Shown here: piece after piece, positions 23,171 to 33,944 of the stretch
How the letters are laid out: every line of letters begins with the position of its first letter
Position numbering within the stretch: the first letter of the stretch is position 1
Assembly (NCBI GenBank): GCA_965243205.1
Contig: CBDEUK010000002.1
Span: 416,001-480,000 of the forward strand
Reading direction: 5' to 3'
From: Gammaproteobacteria bacterium
Lineage (GTDB): Bacteria > Pseudomonadota > Gammaproteobacteria > Eutrophobiales > Eutrophobiaceae
DNA: 64,000 bases
Notes under the pieces: generated by a model
The model's database searches: none
What the model was told of the DNA's origin: nothing
The model's input: the letters and a program-made list of their open reading frames with translations, nothing else
Made by a program: the position numbers and the translations under genes

Positions 23171-23824
23171 TTAACAACATTCCTTGCCCTGTACCCATCG
23201 ACAAGTTGGCGTAGCCAATAACATACCTAAAATAGGTGCAGCTATATAAACCCAGACTGTTTCAATATTGCCTGAGACAACGGCTGGCCCAATAGAACGC
23301 GCTGGGTTCATCGATGCTCCAGTCACTGGGCCTGCAAATAAGGCTTCTAGAGCTACCATGCCCCCTACAGCAACGCCAGCCATAATACCTTTTTCCATGT
23401 GCCCTGTAGAAATGTTTAAAATGACAAACATTAGAAAGAACGATAAAAATACTTCGAATACAAACGATTGCAGTATGTTACCACTAGGTAAGGTTGAGCC
23501 CAGGGTTTTATGTTCAGGAAATAATAACCATAAAACTAATGCAGCAAGGATAGCGCCGATTAATTGTGCAACGATGTATGGAATAACTAGTTTCTTTTCT
23601 AAACGACCTGCTATGTAAAAAGCGATTGTGACCGCAGGGTTAATGTGTGCACCAGAGATATTGCCTATGGAATAAATCATCGACATTACGATTAAACCAA
23701 ACACCAAACTTACACCCACATGTGTGACTACACCCCCATGCAAATCATTGGTAATGATTGCGCCACAACCGGCAAAGATTAAAGCAAAGGTTCCAATCGC
23801 TTCAGCAACGTATTGATTATTCAT
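23171..23824 (-). CDS. MIP-family aquaporin (NIP-like)
   Basis: ISGAHINPAVT and GASMNPARS NPA motifs; Cys-rich C-terminus. Confidence 0.92.
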   Translation of the reverse strand: MNNQYVAEAIGTFALIFAGCGAIITNDLHGGVVTHVGVSLVFGLIVMSMIYSIGNISGAHINPAVTIAFYIAGRLEKKLVIPYIVAQLIGAILAALVLWLLFPEHKTLGSTLPSGNILQSFVFEVFLSFFLMFVILNISTGHMEKGIMAGVAVGGMVALEALFAGPVTGASMNPARSIGPAVVSGNIETVWVYIAAPILGMLLATPTCRWVQGKECC

Positions 23825-23898
23825 TTTGTATAGGAAATAGATTAGTTTTAATAAACAAATTATGCGTTACGGTAACATACTTGGTTTAGAATTAAGCT

Positions 23899-24090
23899 AT
23901 GCATTTATTACAAAACATAAGCCGCTATTGCCCTTACTGTGGCGAGTTGATCGATTTTTTAGTCGACTGCTCTATTGAACAACAACAATACACTGAAGAT
24001 TGTCAGGTATGTTGTCGTCCTATTATTGTTTCGAGCAATATTGAAGCAGGAAAAATTATAACCCTCTCAGTAAATCGAGAAGATGATTAA
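23899..24090 (+). CDS. CPXCG-motif cysteine-rich small protein
   Basis: CPYCGE...YTEDCQVCCRPI. Confidence 0.85.
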   Translation: MHLLQNISRYCPYCGELIDFLVDCSIEQQQYTEDCQVCCRPIIVSSNIEAGKIITLSVNREDD

Positions 24091-24113
24091 GCTGAAAACG
24101 CAGAAAGATAGCT

Positions 24114-24932
24114 TTAAGCTGGTGTAGGATGCCACCCCGCATCCGCCCATAACTCACCACTCACGGCTGAATTTGCAATCATAAAGCAAATTGCATCAGC
24201 AATTTCTTGAGGACGAATTAAACGTCCAAGTTGAGTATCTTTTAAGATATATTTCTCGATGTATTCCTCACCTAAAGCTCTAACCATTGGTGTATCTGTA
24301 AATCCTGGATGAATCACACCACAACGTACACCATGAAAAATAGCTTCTTTAGTTAAGGTAGCAGCAGCACCTTCTAAACCAGCTTTGGTTGATGCGTATG
24401 AAACTTGACCTTTGTTACCTTGTGATGAGATTGAGCCAATAAAGATTGCTGTACCCTGCACTTTCTCATCAGGATGCCATTTTTTTAAACCATTGGCTGC
24501 TCTGTATTCAGCAATTCGCGCGATCATTTCCATGGCCCAATAAACTGGCGCAATTAAGTTTACATTCACAACTAATTCAAATTTTTCTTGCGCATACATT
24601 TTAGCTTTGCCGCTTTCTTTATCTACTTTTACGGCTAGAGAGTCGCGGGTTATTCCGGCTGCAGGAATGCAAATATTAACGATATCGTGTTGTTCACATA
24701 ACTCATTGAATACTTTTTTACGGAAATCTGTATCAGTGGTATCACCTTGATAAGCGACAGCTACTTCCGAGTTAGTTTTTGAATTAATCGTATTGGCTAC
24801 TTCGTTGACATTATCACCCATATCAACCAATGCTATTTTTTTTATTCCTCTTTCTGCTAATTCAAAACAAGTTGCTTCACCAATTCCACTAGCAGCTCCA
24901 GTAACAACTGCAACCTTATCTTTAATAATCAC
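24114..24932 (-). CDS. Short-chain dehydrogenase/reductase (FabG-like)
   Basis: TGAASGIG, AGITRD, YASTK catalytic motif and PGFTDTPM. Confidence 0.9.
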   Translation of the reverse strand: MIIKDKVAVVTGAASGIGEATCFELAERGIKKIALVDMGDNVNEVANTINSKTNSEVAVAYQGDTTDTDFRKKVFNELCEQHDIVNICIPAAGITRDSLAVKVDKESGKAKMYAQEKFELVVNVNLIAPVYWAMEMIARIAEYRAANGLKKWHPDEKVQGTAIFIGSISSQGNKGQVSYASTKAGLEGAAATLTKEAIFHGVRCGVIHPGFTDTPMVRALGEEYIEKYILKDTQLGRLIRPQEIADAICFMIANSAVSGELWADAGWHPTPA

Positions 24933-25004
24933 ATTAACCTCGCCGTATTATTTTTAACATCGATAGTTACAGTATATATTGCATTGCAACAATAGCAAAT
25001 GAAA

Positions 25005-25793
25005 TTATGAATTAGTTGTTGTAGGCAATCTGTAGATAGAGGTTTCTATTGAACCGTTAGTGAATAATTTAAAGTATCGAAAACCTGGCGTTAAATCATC
25101 GGTTTCATAACTAGAAACTCCAGGCTTGAACTGAGCACAAGTCGATGGGCTGCCTATAAAATGAACACCATTAAGATCTTTATAAAAGTCTTGATGGATA
25201 TGACCGCAGATAACTGCTTTTACATTGGGATAATTTTGAATTAAAGAAAGAAATTCATCACGGTTAATCAAGATCATGCTATCCATCCATGATGAATCAA
25301 TAGAAACTGAATGATGATGTATGGCTAATAAGATATGTTTATCATCAATTTCTTGTAGAGAGCTATTCAACCAATCTAATTCATCAGCAGTTAATTCACC
25401 AGAATGAGTATTTGGCTTATAACTATTGAGTAATAAAATAGCCCAATTAGCAAAATCTATTTGTTTTTCAGAACTTAAATTCTCTGAATTAAGATATTGT
25501 TCAATTAACTCAGGTTCGTCATGGTTCCCTGGCAAACAAAAAACAGGAATGTTTAAATCGTTAACCATGTTATAAAATTTTTTATAACTGTCATAGACAG
25601 GATCTTGTGCTATATCACCCGTTACGATCATTAAATCTGGCGGCCATACATCAGACCCTTGGGCTAGATCAAGAACTTGCTGTAAACTTTGTTCTGTATT
25701 GTAGCCACTAAATTCTGATTCAGAATCTCCATAGATATGCGTATCCGTGATTTGGATGATAGAAATATGGTCTGATGATTTTGTTTTTAGCAT
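25005..25793 (-). CDS. cpdA: 3',5'-cyclic AMP phosphodiesterase
   Basis: QITDTH, TGDI, PGNHD, HHH, CGHIH and PSTC.QF metallophosphoesterase motifs; start moved to ATG 25793 to avoid overlapping asnS. Confidence 0.88.
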   Translation of the reverse strand: MLKTKSSDHISIIQITDTHIYGDSESEFSGYNTEQSLQQVLDLAQGSDVWPPDLMIVTGDIAQDPVYDSYKKFYNMVNDLNIPVFCLPGNHDEPELIEQYLNSENLSSEKQIDFANWAILLLNSYKPNTHSGELTADELDWLNSSLQEIDDKHILLAIHHHSVSIDSSWMDSMILINRDEFLSLIQNYPNVKAVICGHIHQDFYKDLNGVHFIGSPSTCAQFKPGVSSYETDDLTPGFRYFKLFTNGSIETSIYRLPTTTNS

Positions 25794-25831
25794 AATGAAA
25801 ATAAATTTTATATTGAATATAGGACAATCAT

Positions 25832-27217
25832 ATGACAAGTGAATTAAGAATACAGGACTTGTTAAAAGCAACCAAACCTGAACAATCGATTACTGTTCAA
25901 GGGTGGGTGAGAACAAAACGTGAAGCAAAAGATTTTATTTTTATAGAATTAAACGACGGCTCATGTTTAGCAAATATACAAATAATAGCTGCAGATAACT
26001 TGAGTGATTATGAATTGATCAAAAAAATCAATACCGGTTATTCAATCAAAATCGTTGGCGATTTAATCGAATCACCTGGGAAAGGTCAAAACTGGGAAAT
26101 ACAAGCCAGTAACATCGAAATACTTGGAACAGTTACAGAAGATTATCCATTACAAAAGAAACGTCACTCAGATGAGTTTCTTCGAACCATTGCTCATCTA
26201 CGACCAAGAACGAACAAGTACGGAGCAATGTTTCGCATTCGTTCTAAATTATCTTTTGCTATTCATCAATTCTTCCAAGAGCGTGGCTTTAATTGGATCC
26301 ACACTCCAATTATTACTGGTTCGGATTGCGAAGGCGCAGGTGAAATGTTTCGCGTAACAACCTTTGATTTAGACAATGTTCCTAAAAAAGAAGGTAAAGT
26401 AGATTTTGCGCAAGACTTCTTTGGTAAAGAAGCAAATCTAACCGTATCTGGCCAGTTATCTGGAGAAATGTATGCCTTAAGTTTAGGGAAGATCTATACC
26501 TTTGGTCCTACATTTCGTTCAGAAAATTCAAATACCTCAAGGCATATGTCTGAATTTTGGATGATAGAACCTGAAATGGCCTTTGCCGATTTAGCGGAAG
26601 ATATGCGTTTAGGCGAAGAAATGATCCGATATTTAGTTAAATATGCAATGGAAGAATGTTCAGAAGACTTAGAGTTATTCGCCAAGTTTGTTGATAAAAC
26701 ACTAATGACTACATTAAGTAATATCGTTGACAATGATTTTATTCATTTACCTTACACTGAAGCCATCGATATCTTATTAAAGTCAGGTAATAAGTTTGAA
26801 TACCCTGTTGAATGGGGTCACGATTTACAATCTGAGCATGAGCGTTTTTTAACCGAGCAACATTTTAAACAACCAGTTATCGTTACAGATTACCCAAAAG
26901 ATATAAAAGCATTTTATATGCGTGTTAATGACGATGATAAAACTGTTGCCGCTATGGATATATTGGTTCCTTCAATTGGAGAAATCATCGGTGGCAGTCA
27001 ACGAGAAGAACGTTATGATGTATTGGTCAAAAAAATAAACGACTTGGGTTTTAATGAAGAAGATTATTGGTGGTACTTAGACTCACGACGTTATGGCAGT
27101 GTACCTCATGCGGGCTTTGGTTTAGGTTTTGAACGTTTATTAATGTTAGTCACAGGCGTTAATAATATTCGTGATGTGATCCCATTTCCAAGAACACCAA
27201 AACATTTAGAGTTTTAA
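25832..27217 (+). CDS. asnS: Asparagine--tRNA ligase
   Basis: [44 protein letters not shown] and GFGLGFER motifs. Confidence 0.97.
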   Translation: MTSELRIQDLLKATKPEQSITVQGWVRTKREAKDFIFIELNDGSCLANIQIIAADNLSDYELIKKINTGYSIKIVGDLIESPGKGQNWEIQASNIEILGTVTEDYPLQKKRHSDEFLRTIAHLRPRTNKYGAMFRIRSKLSFAIHQFFQERGFNWIHTPIITGSDCEGAGEMFRVTTFDLDNVPKKEGKVDFAQDFFGKEANLTVSGQLSGEMYALSLGKIYTFGPTFRSENSNTSRHMSEFWMIEPEMAFADLAEDMRLGEEMIRYLVKYAMEECSEDLELFAKFVDKTLMTTLSNIVDNDFIHLPYTEAIDILLKSGNKFEYPVEWGHDLQSEHERFLTEQHFKQPVIVTDYPKDIKAFYMRVNDDDKTVAAMDILVPSIGEIIGGSQREERYDVLVKKINDLGFNEEDYWWYLDSRRYGSVPHAGFGLGFERLLMLVTGVNNIRDVIPFPRTPKHLEF

Positions 27218-27223
27218 ATTTTA

Positions 27224-28822
27224 TTATTGTTGTTCTATTTTTGAAGACTCATCACGCGGAGGTAGATAACCTATTCTAAAGCCACCCCAATGTTTACTAT
27301 TCACATAAATAGGTGCAGATAGATCATGCATAACTTCGCCTGTGTCTCTTACATAGGTTTGTAATAAAAACGTTTTCGTGTTTGAACCACAACGTCCACC
27401 AGTTCTATCATCAAATACGCGCTTAGTACGATTATTTTTTAAATCTATATCATAGTCGCCAGTTAATGGCTTACTGAATCTATCATTATGTGTTGGAAAA
27501 TAACCATTAATATCCACTGCACCTGCTAGAATAAAGTATGGATAATCTACCAATAATTTTTCTTGTATTGGCGGCAACACATTATCTGTAAATTGATCAT
27601 ATTTAGTATGAAACTTTACGGGATTGGTATTGGGTATTGATTGATAATTTTTATCAAATAAATCTTCCTCAGTGATCTGGCCTTTTTGAATTGCATCTTC
27701 AAATAACTGCCCAACTTGTTTTGCAGTACTAATAGCAATTTCTTGGACCGTATCGTGTATGGTTCCTAAGTTATAATCACTATTTGCATCATAGATATGC
27801 TCAGCGTTTTCAGATAAAGAAATAGCATCTTGAGAAACTTTACCAGTTTCCTTATTAATTAAATCGAATGCGTCACGTATAGAACCAATTTCATTTCTAA
27901 CTTGATTAACTGAATTCAAATGTTCATCCATGATTGTACTGATCTTTGCAATCATATCATTTGAGCCAATTGCTTCACTATTAATAGATTCCAATTCATT
28001 ACCAATTTGTGAAATTTGCATCACAACCAGTTCAACCATTTGTTGAAAATTGATAATTTCTTCTCGAGTTTGTTTTGAAACACCAACCACTCGTTTCAAT
28101 TTATCCTCAATGTTATGTGTATAAGTTGAAGATTTTGTGGCTAACTCTCTAACTTCATCTGCCACAACAGCAAAACCTCTTCCTTGTTCTCCTGCTCTAG
28201 CAGCTTCTATAGCAGCATTTAATGCCAATAAGTTTGTTTGCGCAGCAATATCATCAATAACAACTGTTATTCCTTTAATATCTTGCACGTATTCATCTAA
28301 TTCTTGAATACTATTCGAAGCTTGTTCAACGTTACTTTTTAAATTTAAAACACCACCAGTAATATTTTTAATATTACTAATTCCTTCAGCACTGGCTTGT
28401 TTGGTTTTTAAGGCCGATTCAGATGCCATTTGAGCACTGGCTACAATTTGATTTGTATCATTTGCAAGCTCTTCGGCGGCAACCGCGACATTCGTTGTTC
28501 GATTAAATTGATTTGAAATATTTTGCTCAAGTGAAGACAGGAAATTAGATATTTTTGCACTCGAAGCTGCAACGTTTAAGCCTATTTTTGATGAACGGCA
28601 CATAGAGCCGAGTATGGACACACGTTTGCTTACTAAATTAGTAAACAAGCCTGTCACAAATTTGCTTCTAAACAATGGAGCGCTTGTATTAATGTCATTT
28701 GAGTTAAAATAGCGTTCTAATAAAATCGAATCTGACTTTATTTTTCCTACTATTAGGAAAACCATCGACGCTAAAACTACTGTAACTACAAATAACAAAA
28801 CGAAAAAAATAATGATTTCCAT
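27224..28822 (-). CDS. Methyl-accepting chemotaxis protein with a C-terminal extra domain
   Basis: [37 protein letters not shown] signalling tip; one N-terminal TM; C-terminal NRTKR.FDD...QTY.RDTG...HWGGFR domain. Confidence 0.93.
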   Translation of the reverse strand: MEIIIFFVLLFVVTVVLASMVFLIVGKIKSDSILLERYFNSNDINTSAPLFRSKFVTGLFTNLVSKRVSILGSMCRSSKIGLNVAASSAKISNFLSSLEQNISNQFNRTTNVAVAAEELANDTNQIVASAQMASESALKTKQASAEGISNIKNITGGVLNLKSNVEQASNSIQELDEYVQDIKGITVVIDDIAAQTNLLALNAAIEAARAGEQGRGFAVVADEVRELATKSSTYTHNIEDKLKRVVGVSKQTREEIINFQQMVELVVMQISQIGNELESINSEAIGSNDMIAKISTIMDEHLNSVNQVRNEIGSIRDAFDLINKETGKVSQDAISLSENAEHIYDANSDYNLGTIHDTVQEIAISTAKQVGQLFEDAIQKGQITEEDLFDKNYQSIPNTNPVKFHTKYDQFTDNVLPPIQEKLLVDYPYFILAGAVDINGYFPTHNDRFSKPLTGDYDIDLKNNRTKRVFDDRTGGRCGSNTKTFLLQTYVRDTGEVMHDLSAPIYVNSKHWGGFRIGYLPPRDESSKIEQQ

Positions 28823-28850
28823 TTGCTATTCCTTTTATTTTCTAACATTG

Positions 28851-28878
28851 GAATCGGCATTTGGATGAAAAAGCTTTA
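28851..28878 (-). promoter_or_regulatory. sigma28 (FliA) promoter of the MCP gene
   Basis: Minus strand TAAA-N16-GCCGATTC about 30 nt before the MCP start; chemoreceptor genes are typical FliA targets. Confidence 0.65.
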
Positions 28879-30774
28879 AATATTTTTAAAAAAACTCTCT
28901 ATATCTTCAATTTTCCGTGTAATTGTCATATTTGGTAAGCTTTTCATAAAGATACGACCATAAGATTTAGTGGTTAGGCGAGGATCGCAAATCACTAATA
29001 CACCTGAGTCCGTTACGTCTCGAATCAATCTACCAACACCTTGACGTAAAGAAATTACTGCTTGAGGTAATTGATGCTCCATAAATACATTTTTCCCTTG
29101 CTGTTCCATTAATGCGCCTCTAGCTTTGAGCACTGGATCATCTGGCATCGCAAAAGGTAACTTGTCGATAATCACACAACTAAGCGCATCACCTTTTACA
29201 TCAACACCTTCCCAAAAACTGCTAGTGCCAAACAACAAACCATTTTGGCTCTGCCTAAACGACTCAATTAATTGTAATTTTGGAGCATCACCTTGAATAA
29301 AACATGGATAACTCAATTGTCGTTTAACTAAATCAGCTGCTTCTTTTAAAGCCCGATGGCTAGTAAATAATAGAAAAGCTCTACCTTGACTTGCTTTTAG
29401 AACAGGAATGATTTTATCAACAACTGTTTTAGTGAAATCGGCTTGTGATGGTAAAGGTAAATTGGTCGGCAAATATAATACAGTTTGTTTTTTGTAATCA
29501 AACGGACTTGGCCATTGTTTGGCAGTAACTTCTTCTAAACCTAATTGTTTTTTAAAGTGATCAAATTTCTCACCTACGGCTAAAGTTGCAGAAGTATAAA
29601 TTGAATTACATTGGTAATGTTTTAATCGATGTTGAAATTCTTTGGAAATATCTAATGGTGTTTTATGTAAAAAAATACCTTTACCCCTAATTTCAATCCA
29701 TTTCACATTGTCTGTATCTTTAGTTTCTAAAAAACCATCTAACCTATCATTCAAAAGTAACGAACGTTGATAACAACTTTCTAATTCTTTACCTCGATCT
29801 TTAATCGATTCAATTGTTTCTGAAAATTCGATCAGCTTTTCCAATAAACCATTTAAACTATTTTTAATCGCATCATCATTAACTACCTTATGCCATTCTA
29901 GTTTCAAATCATTGGTTTTAAATTGTTCACGTAGAGTACGTGTTGCTGTATCTATCTGATAGGTTTTATCCATAAAACCTTTAACGTCCCAGGCTTCTTT
30001 TTGATAGGCATTACGCGTATCTTCACTAAGATCCAAACATTGTCTTGCACTAAAAGTTGTACCGAAGAATTGCGATGCTAATTCAGCTAACTGATGAGCT
30101 TCATCAAAGATAATACTATCTATGTTTGGCAATAGCTCACCAAAACCAGTTTCACGCAAAGCCATATCCGCTAACAACAAATGATGATTAACCACAATAA
30201 CATTTGCCTTAGCCGCTCGTTTACGTGCTTTCAGTACAAAACAATCTTCATATTCAGAACATTCTTGCCCTAAACAATTATCCGTAGTTGAACTTACCCA
30301 AGGTTTGATTTGTGAATCTTCTGATAAAATTTCAGTTAGATCACCCGTTTGAGTTTTATGAACCCAAGTCTGGATATCATATAACTCCGTTTGAAGTTTT
30401 GGAGATTTTAATATTTCATCCGCAAATTTATGTCGATGTAAACATAAATAATTACTGCGACCTTTTAATAAGGCAACAGTAGTTGTCGCTTTTAACGCTT
30501 TTTGAACGGTTGGTAAGTCACGATGAAAAATTTGATCTTGTAAATGTTTTGTACCAGTAGAGATAATGACTTTTACATCGGCCATCAATACAGGAACTAA
30601 ATAAGCGAAAGTTTTACCGGTTCCCGTGCCCGCTTCACAAATAACCGACTCATCATCTAATAATGCAGCAAGGATCGTATCTGCCATTTCTTGCTGCATT
30701 GGGCGAGACTTGAACGAATCAATAACAGCCGATAATGCACCTGAATCTGAAAGAATATCACTAGCTGAATCCAT
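28876..30774 (-). CDS. yoaA: DinG-family ATP-dependent Fe-S DNA helicase YoaA
   Basis: EAGTGTGKT, KGRSNYLC, Fe-S cysteines, DEAH box and SFWEGVDV. Confidence 0.92.
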   Translation of the reverse strand: MDSASDILSDSGALSAVIDSFKSRPMQQEMADTILAALLDDESVICEAGTGTGKTFAYLVPVLMADVKVIISTGTKHLQDQIFHRDLPTVQKALKATTTVALLKGRSNYLCLHRHKFADEILKSPKLQTELYDIQTWVHKTQTGDLTEILSEDSQIKPWVSSTTDNCLGQECSEYEDCFVLKARKRAAKANVIVVNHHLLLADMALRETGFGELLPNIDSIIFDEAHQLAELASQFFGTTFSARQCLDLSEDTRNAYQKEAWDVKGFMDKTYQIDTATRTLREQFKTNDLKLEWHKVVNDDAIKNSLNGLLEKLIEFSETIESIKDRGKELESCYQRSLLLNDRLDGFLETKDTDNVKWIEIRGKGIFLHKTPLDISKEFQHRLKHYQCNSIYTSATLAVGEKFDHFKKQLGLEEVTAKQWPSPFDYKKQTVLYLPTNLPLPSQADFTKTVVDKIIPVLKASQGRAFLLFTSHRALKEAADLVKRQLSYPCFIQGDAPKLQLIESFRQSQNGLLFGTSSFWEGVDVKGDALSCVIIDKLPFAMPDDPVLKARGALMEQQGKNVFMEHQLPQAVISLRQGVGRLIRDVTDSGVLVICDPRLTTKSYGRIFMKSLPNMTITRKIEDIESFFKNI

Positions 30775-30817
30775 TAGCTAAATACACCTTTTTGAATATA
30801 CAAAATAAATCTCTCTT

Positions 30818-31306
30818 CTATTCCTGATTACTCCATACACTATCAACTCGTCCTTCTTCTGTTGTCCATACTAGATCGGCAATGATTTTAAACCTCGCCA
30901 AAGTCAAGCTACCTCGTTTATTCGGTGTGCTTTCAGCTAAAGCTGATTCAATTTCGTCACGATGGCAAAAATAAATTTCGACTGATTCAAATTTATCATT
31001 CATGACGACTAGAACAATGCCATCCCATTCTTGTTCTAATTTTAATTGTCCTAATCGATGCCCTGATTTAGTTTCATCAAAAATAGCACGACCTTTTATT
31101 TGAACTTTAATTTCTTCATCGTTATAGCTCATTAAAGCATCATAACCGTTTGCGTCCTTGTCAGCGTTTTTAAGTTTTAATAAATGAATAGCATCGTTAA
31201 TGGCAATCTCAGCAGTGATCGGTAATGTTTTACCTGTTGCTTCACGATAATCCACCGCTAATTTTCTAGCTTCAGCCGTTAATTTATTAACATCGAAAAT
31301 TGCCAT
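30818..31306 (-). CDS. Hypothetical protein with a PD-(D/E)xK-like motif
   Basis: EIA...GYDA...VQIKGR pattern. Confidence 0.6.
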   Translation of the reverse strand: MAIFDVNKLTAEARKLAVDYREATGKTLPITAEIAINDAIHLLKLKNADKDANGYDALMSYNDEEIKVQIKGRAIFDETKSGHRLGQLKLEQEWDGIVLVVMNDKFESVEIYFCHRDEIESALAESTPNKRGSLTLARFKIIADLVWTTEEGRVDSVWSNQE

Positions 31307-31315
31307 ATTAATTGA

Positions 31316-32266
31316 TCACGCTTGAGTTGAAGAGAAACATAATACCTGATTAATGTCTTCGAGTTTAAGAATTGTCATTAATAATCGATCTATACCAATA
31401 GCAACGCCAGCACAACCTGGTAAATCATTCGTTGTATTCAATAAATGTTTATCCATAGGTCCATATGGCAAATTATTTTTTTTACAATACTCAATATCAT
31501 TTTCAAATCGTTGCTTTAGTTCGCTAGCATCATTTAATTCATGATAAGCATTGGCAATCTCTAGACCATTGATAAAAACTTCAAACCGTTCTGAAACTTT
31601 ATAATCTCCATCATAGCGTACTTTAGATAATGCTGCTTGCTCTGAAGGATAATCGTATATAAAACACGGCTGTTCAATGCCAAGCTTTGAAATAACCAAT
31701 TGGCTAAATAAAAAATCCAAATATGTATTTCGATTGGATCCTGTGTTGTGAAAACCAAGAGATTTTGCCTTTAGCATTAATTCAGATGTTTTAGCTTGGA
31801 ATGGATCAATTTCGCCGTATTCAATAAAGGCAGCTTGATAACTTTTTCTCTCCGCGGCTTTAAATCCTAATTGCACAAATAATTCGTTTAATTCATTCAT
31901 TAATTCATGATGATCAAACCCTACCCGATAATACTCAAGCATTGTAAATTCTGAATTATGCAATCGACCGATTTCTTCATCTCTGAATACGCGGCATATC
32001 TGATAGATCGAACCGATGCCACTCGCCAATAAGCGTTTCATAGGAAATTCAGGTGAACTATGTAAAAACCATTTATGCTCAGGATGAGAACGTGTCGCTA
32101 ATTCAAGATTAATAATGTTTGGGTCTGTATTAGATGCAGAAGATAAATAAGGCGTTTCAATTTCTAAAACGCCTTTTTTCGACATGAAATCACGTAGGGT
32201 TTTTAATAATTCTGCTCGAGCAGTAATAACATCAATTGATAAAGATGTTTTACCAGGATTGGTCAT
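31316..32266 (-). CDS. epmA: EF-P lysine aminoacylase (GenX/PoxA)
   Basis: SPEFPMKRLLA, FRDEE.GRLHN.EFTMLE, ERFE...G.EIAN and GVAIGIDRL motifs; next to efp. Confidence 0.95.
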   Translation of the reverse strand: MTNPGKTSLSIDVITARAELLKTLRDFMSKKGVLEIETPYLSSASNTDPNIINLELATRSHPEHKWFLHSSPEFPMKRLLASGIGSIYQICRVFRDEEIGRLHNSEFTMLEYYRVGFDHHELMNELNELFVQLGFKAAERKSYQAAFIEYGEIDPFQAKTSELMLKAKSLGFHNTGSNRNTYLDFLFSQLVISKLGIEQPCFIYDYPSEQAALSKVRYDGDYKVSERFEVFINGLEIANAYHELNDASELKQRFENDIEYCKKNNLPYGPMDKHLLNTTNDLPGCAGVAIGIDRLLMTILKLEDINQVLCFSSTQA

Positions 32267-32269
32267 TAT

Positions 32270-32839
32270 TTAGTCTTTTTGTCGACCTACATATTCACCC
32301 GTTCGAGTATCAATTTTTAACACTTCGCCTTGTTCCATATATAAAGGCACTTTAACTACTGCTCCTGTTTCAAGAGTAGCGGGTTTGGTACCACCCGATG
32401 CTGTATCGCCTTTCACTCCAGGATCGGTTTCTGTGACTTCCAGGAATACAAAGTTTGGCGGGATCACTGAGATGGGATTATCGTTCCAAAGTGTAACTTC
32501 ACAGGTCTCTTCGCCTTTGATCCATTTTGCTGCATCACCAACAGCTGACTCTGAGGTCTCATATTGTTCATATGAATCAGGATTCATGAAATGCCAGACT
32601 TCGCCATCGCTGTATAAATATTGAAGTTTTACATCCATAACATCCGCCGCTTCGACACTCTCACCAGATTTATAAGTGCGTTCGATGACACGCCCCGTTT
32701 TTAAATTACGGATTTTTACTCGGTTAAAAGCCTGGCCTTTGCCCGGTTTTACAAATTCATTTTCTATAATCGAACATGGATCGTTATCGATCATAATTTT
32801 CAAACCGCTTTTAAATTCATTGGTACTATAAGACGCCAT
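32270..32839 (-). CDS. efp: Elongation factor P
   Basis: KPGKGQAF loop (Lys34 type), PGVKGDTA and DTRTGEY motifs. Confidence 0.98.
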   Translation of the reverse strand: MASYSTNEFKSGLKIMIDNDPCSIIENEFVKPGKGQAFNRVKIRNLKTGRVIERTYKSGESVEAADVMDVKLQYLYSDGEVWHFMNPDSYEQYETSESAVGDAAKWIKGEETCEVTLWNDNPISVIPPNFVFLEVTETDPGVKGDTASGGTKPATLETGAVVKVPLYMEQGEVLKIDTRTGEYVGRQKD

Positions 32840-32917
32840 GAGTTCCTCAATCTATTTATTACTTAACGTTTGCGAAAAAACGCCTATCATACCTGATTCG
32901 AATAGGAATGCAGCATT

Positions 32918-33889
32918 ATGAACTGGCAAAAACAACTACAAAAGGCAATAAAAGAACCTGAAGAATTACTTAATCAGCTTGAATTAAATAAACAGTCCGT
33001 GCAAATCTCTGAGAAAGCTCAAAATATATTTAACTTACTCGCTACTAATTCCTATTTATCGAATATCCAAACAGGTAATATTGATGATCCGTTACTGAAA
33101 CAAATCCTACCTGTTATTGAAGAAGAACAAGAATCGTATGACTTTATAGAAGATCCGGTTAGTGATATCAACGCTCAAAAAACACCTGGTCTATTACATA
33201 AATATCACGGCAGAATCTTATTAATTCTAACAGGTGCTTGCCCTATCCATTGCCGATATTGTTTCCGACGTCATTATCCATACTCTGATAATAGTATTTC
33301 TCCTAAAGAACTATCAAAAGCACTCGATTATATCCAGCATAATACCGATATTACGGAAGTCATTTTAAGTGGTGGCGATCCTTTAATTTTAACCGATGAA
33401 AAATTATCAGAATTAATAAAAAAACTTGAAAACATAAAACATTTAAAACGGTTACGAATTCATACCCGCACTCCAATTGTATTACCAGAAAGAATTCTCG
33501 AAAGTAATTTAGAGTGGTTAAGTAATAGGCGATTAAAAACCACAGTAGTTCTTCACTGTAATCATAAAAATGAAATAAGTGATAATGTAAAATTAGCTAT
33601 TAAAAAATTAAAAACTTTCGACCTTTTATTATTAAATCAATCGGTTTTATTAAAAGGTGTAAATGATAATGTTGATTGCTTAGCAGAATTATCAGAAGAG
33701 TTATTTACTCAAGGAGTTCAACCTTATTACTTACATCAACTTGATCGAGTGAAAGGTGCCATGCACTTTGAAGTCGATATTAAGACTGCAAAGGAAATTC
33801 TTTCGAAACTTAGAGCAAGGCTGCCAGGATATTTAGTGCCAACCTTAGTTAAAGAACAAGCCGGTTATCAATCTAAGACTCCATTATAA
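32918..33889 (+). CDS. epmB: EF-P beta-lysylation lysine 2,3-aminomutase
   Basis: HKYHGR, CPIHCRYC radical-SAM motif, LSGGDPL and PYYLHQLD; divergent from efp. Confidence 0.93.
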   Translation: MNWQKQLQKAIKEPEELLNQLELNKQSVQISEKAQNIFNLLATNSYLSNIQTGNIDDPLLKQILPVIEEEQESYDFIEDPVSDINAQKTPGLLHKYHGRILLILTGACPIHCRYCFRRHYPYSDNSISPKELSKALDYIQHNTDITEVILSGGDPLILTDEKLSELIKKLENIKHLKRLRIHTRTPIVLPERILESNLEWLSNRRLKTTVVLHCNHKNEISDNVKLAIKKLKTFDLLLLNQSVLLKGVNDNVDCLAELSEELFTQGVQPYYLHQLDRVKGAMHFEVDIKTAKEILSKLRARLPGYLVPTLVKEQAGYQSKTPL

Positions 33890-33894
33890 AATAT

Positions 33895-33925
33895 AAAAAA
33901 AGCCCAATAAAATATTGGGCCTTTT
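33895..33925. terminator. Bidirectional intrinsic terminator between epmB and the OMP gene
   Basis: A-run, GCCCAATA-AAA-TATTGGGC stem, then T-run, between convergent genes. Confidence 0.8.
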
Positions 33926-33944
33926 ACTATAGATAAAACAATTA

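Noticed and set aside
25794-25871. Apparent head-to-head overlap of cpdA and asnS in the ORF track
   Set aside because: An artefact of longest-ORF calling; ATG 25793 gives a normal-length CpdA.
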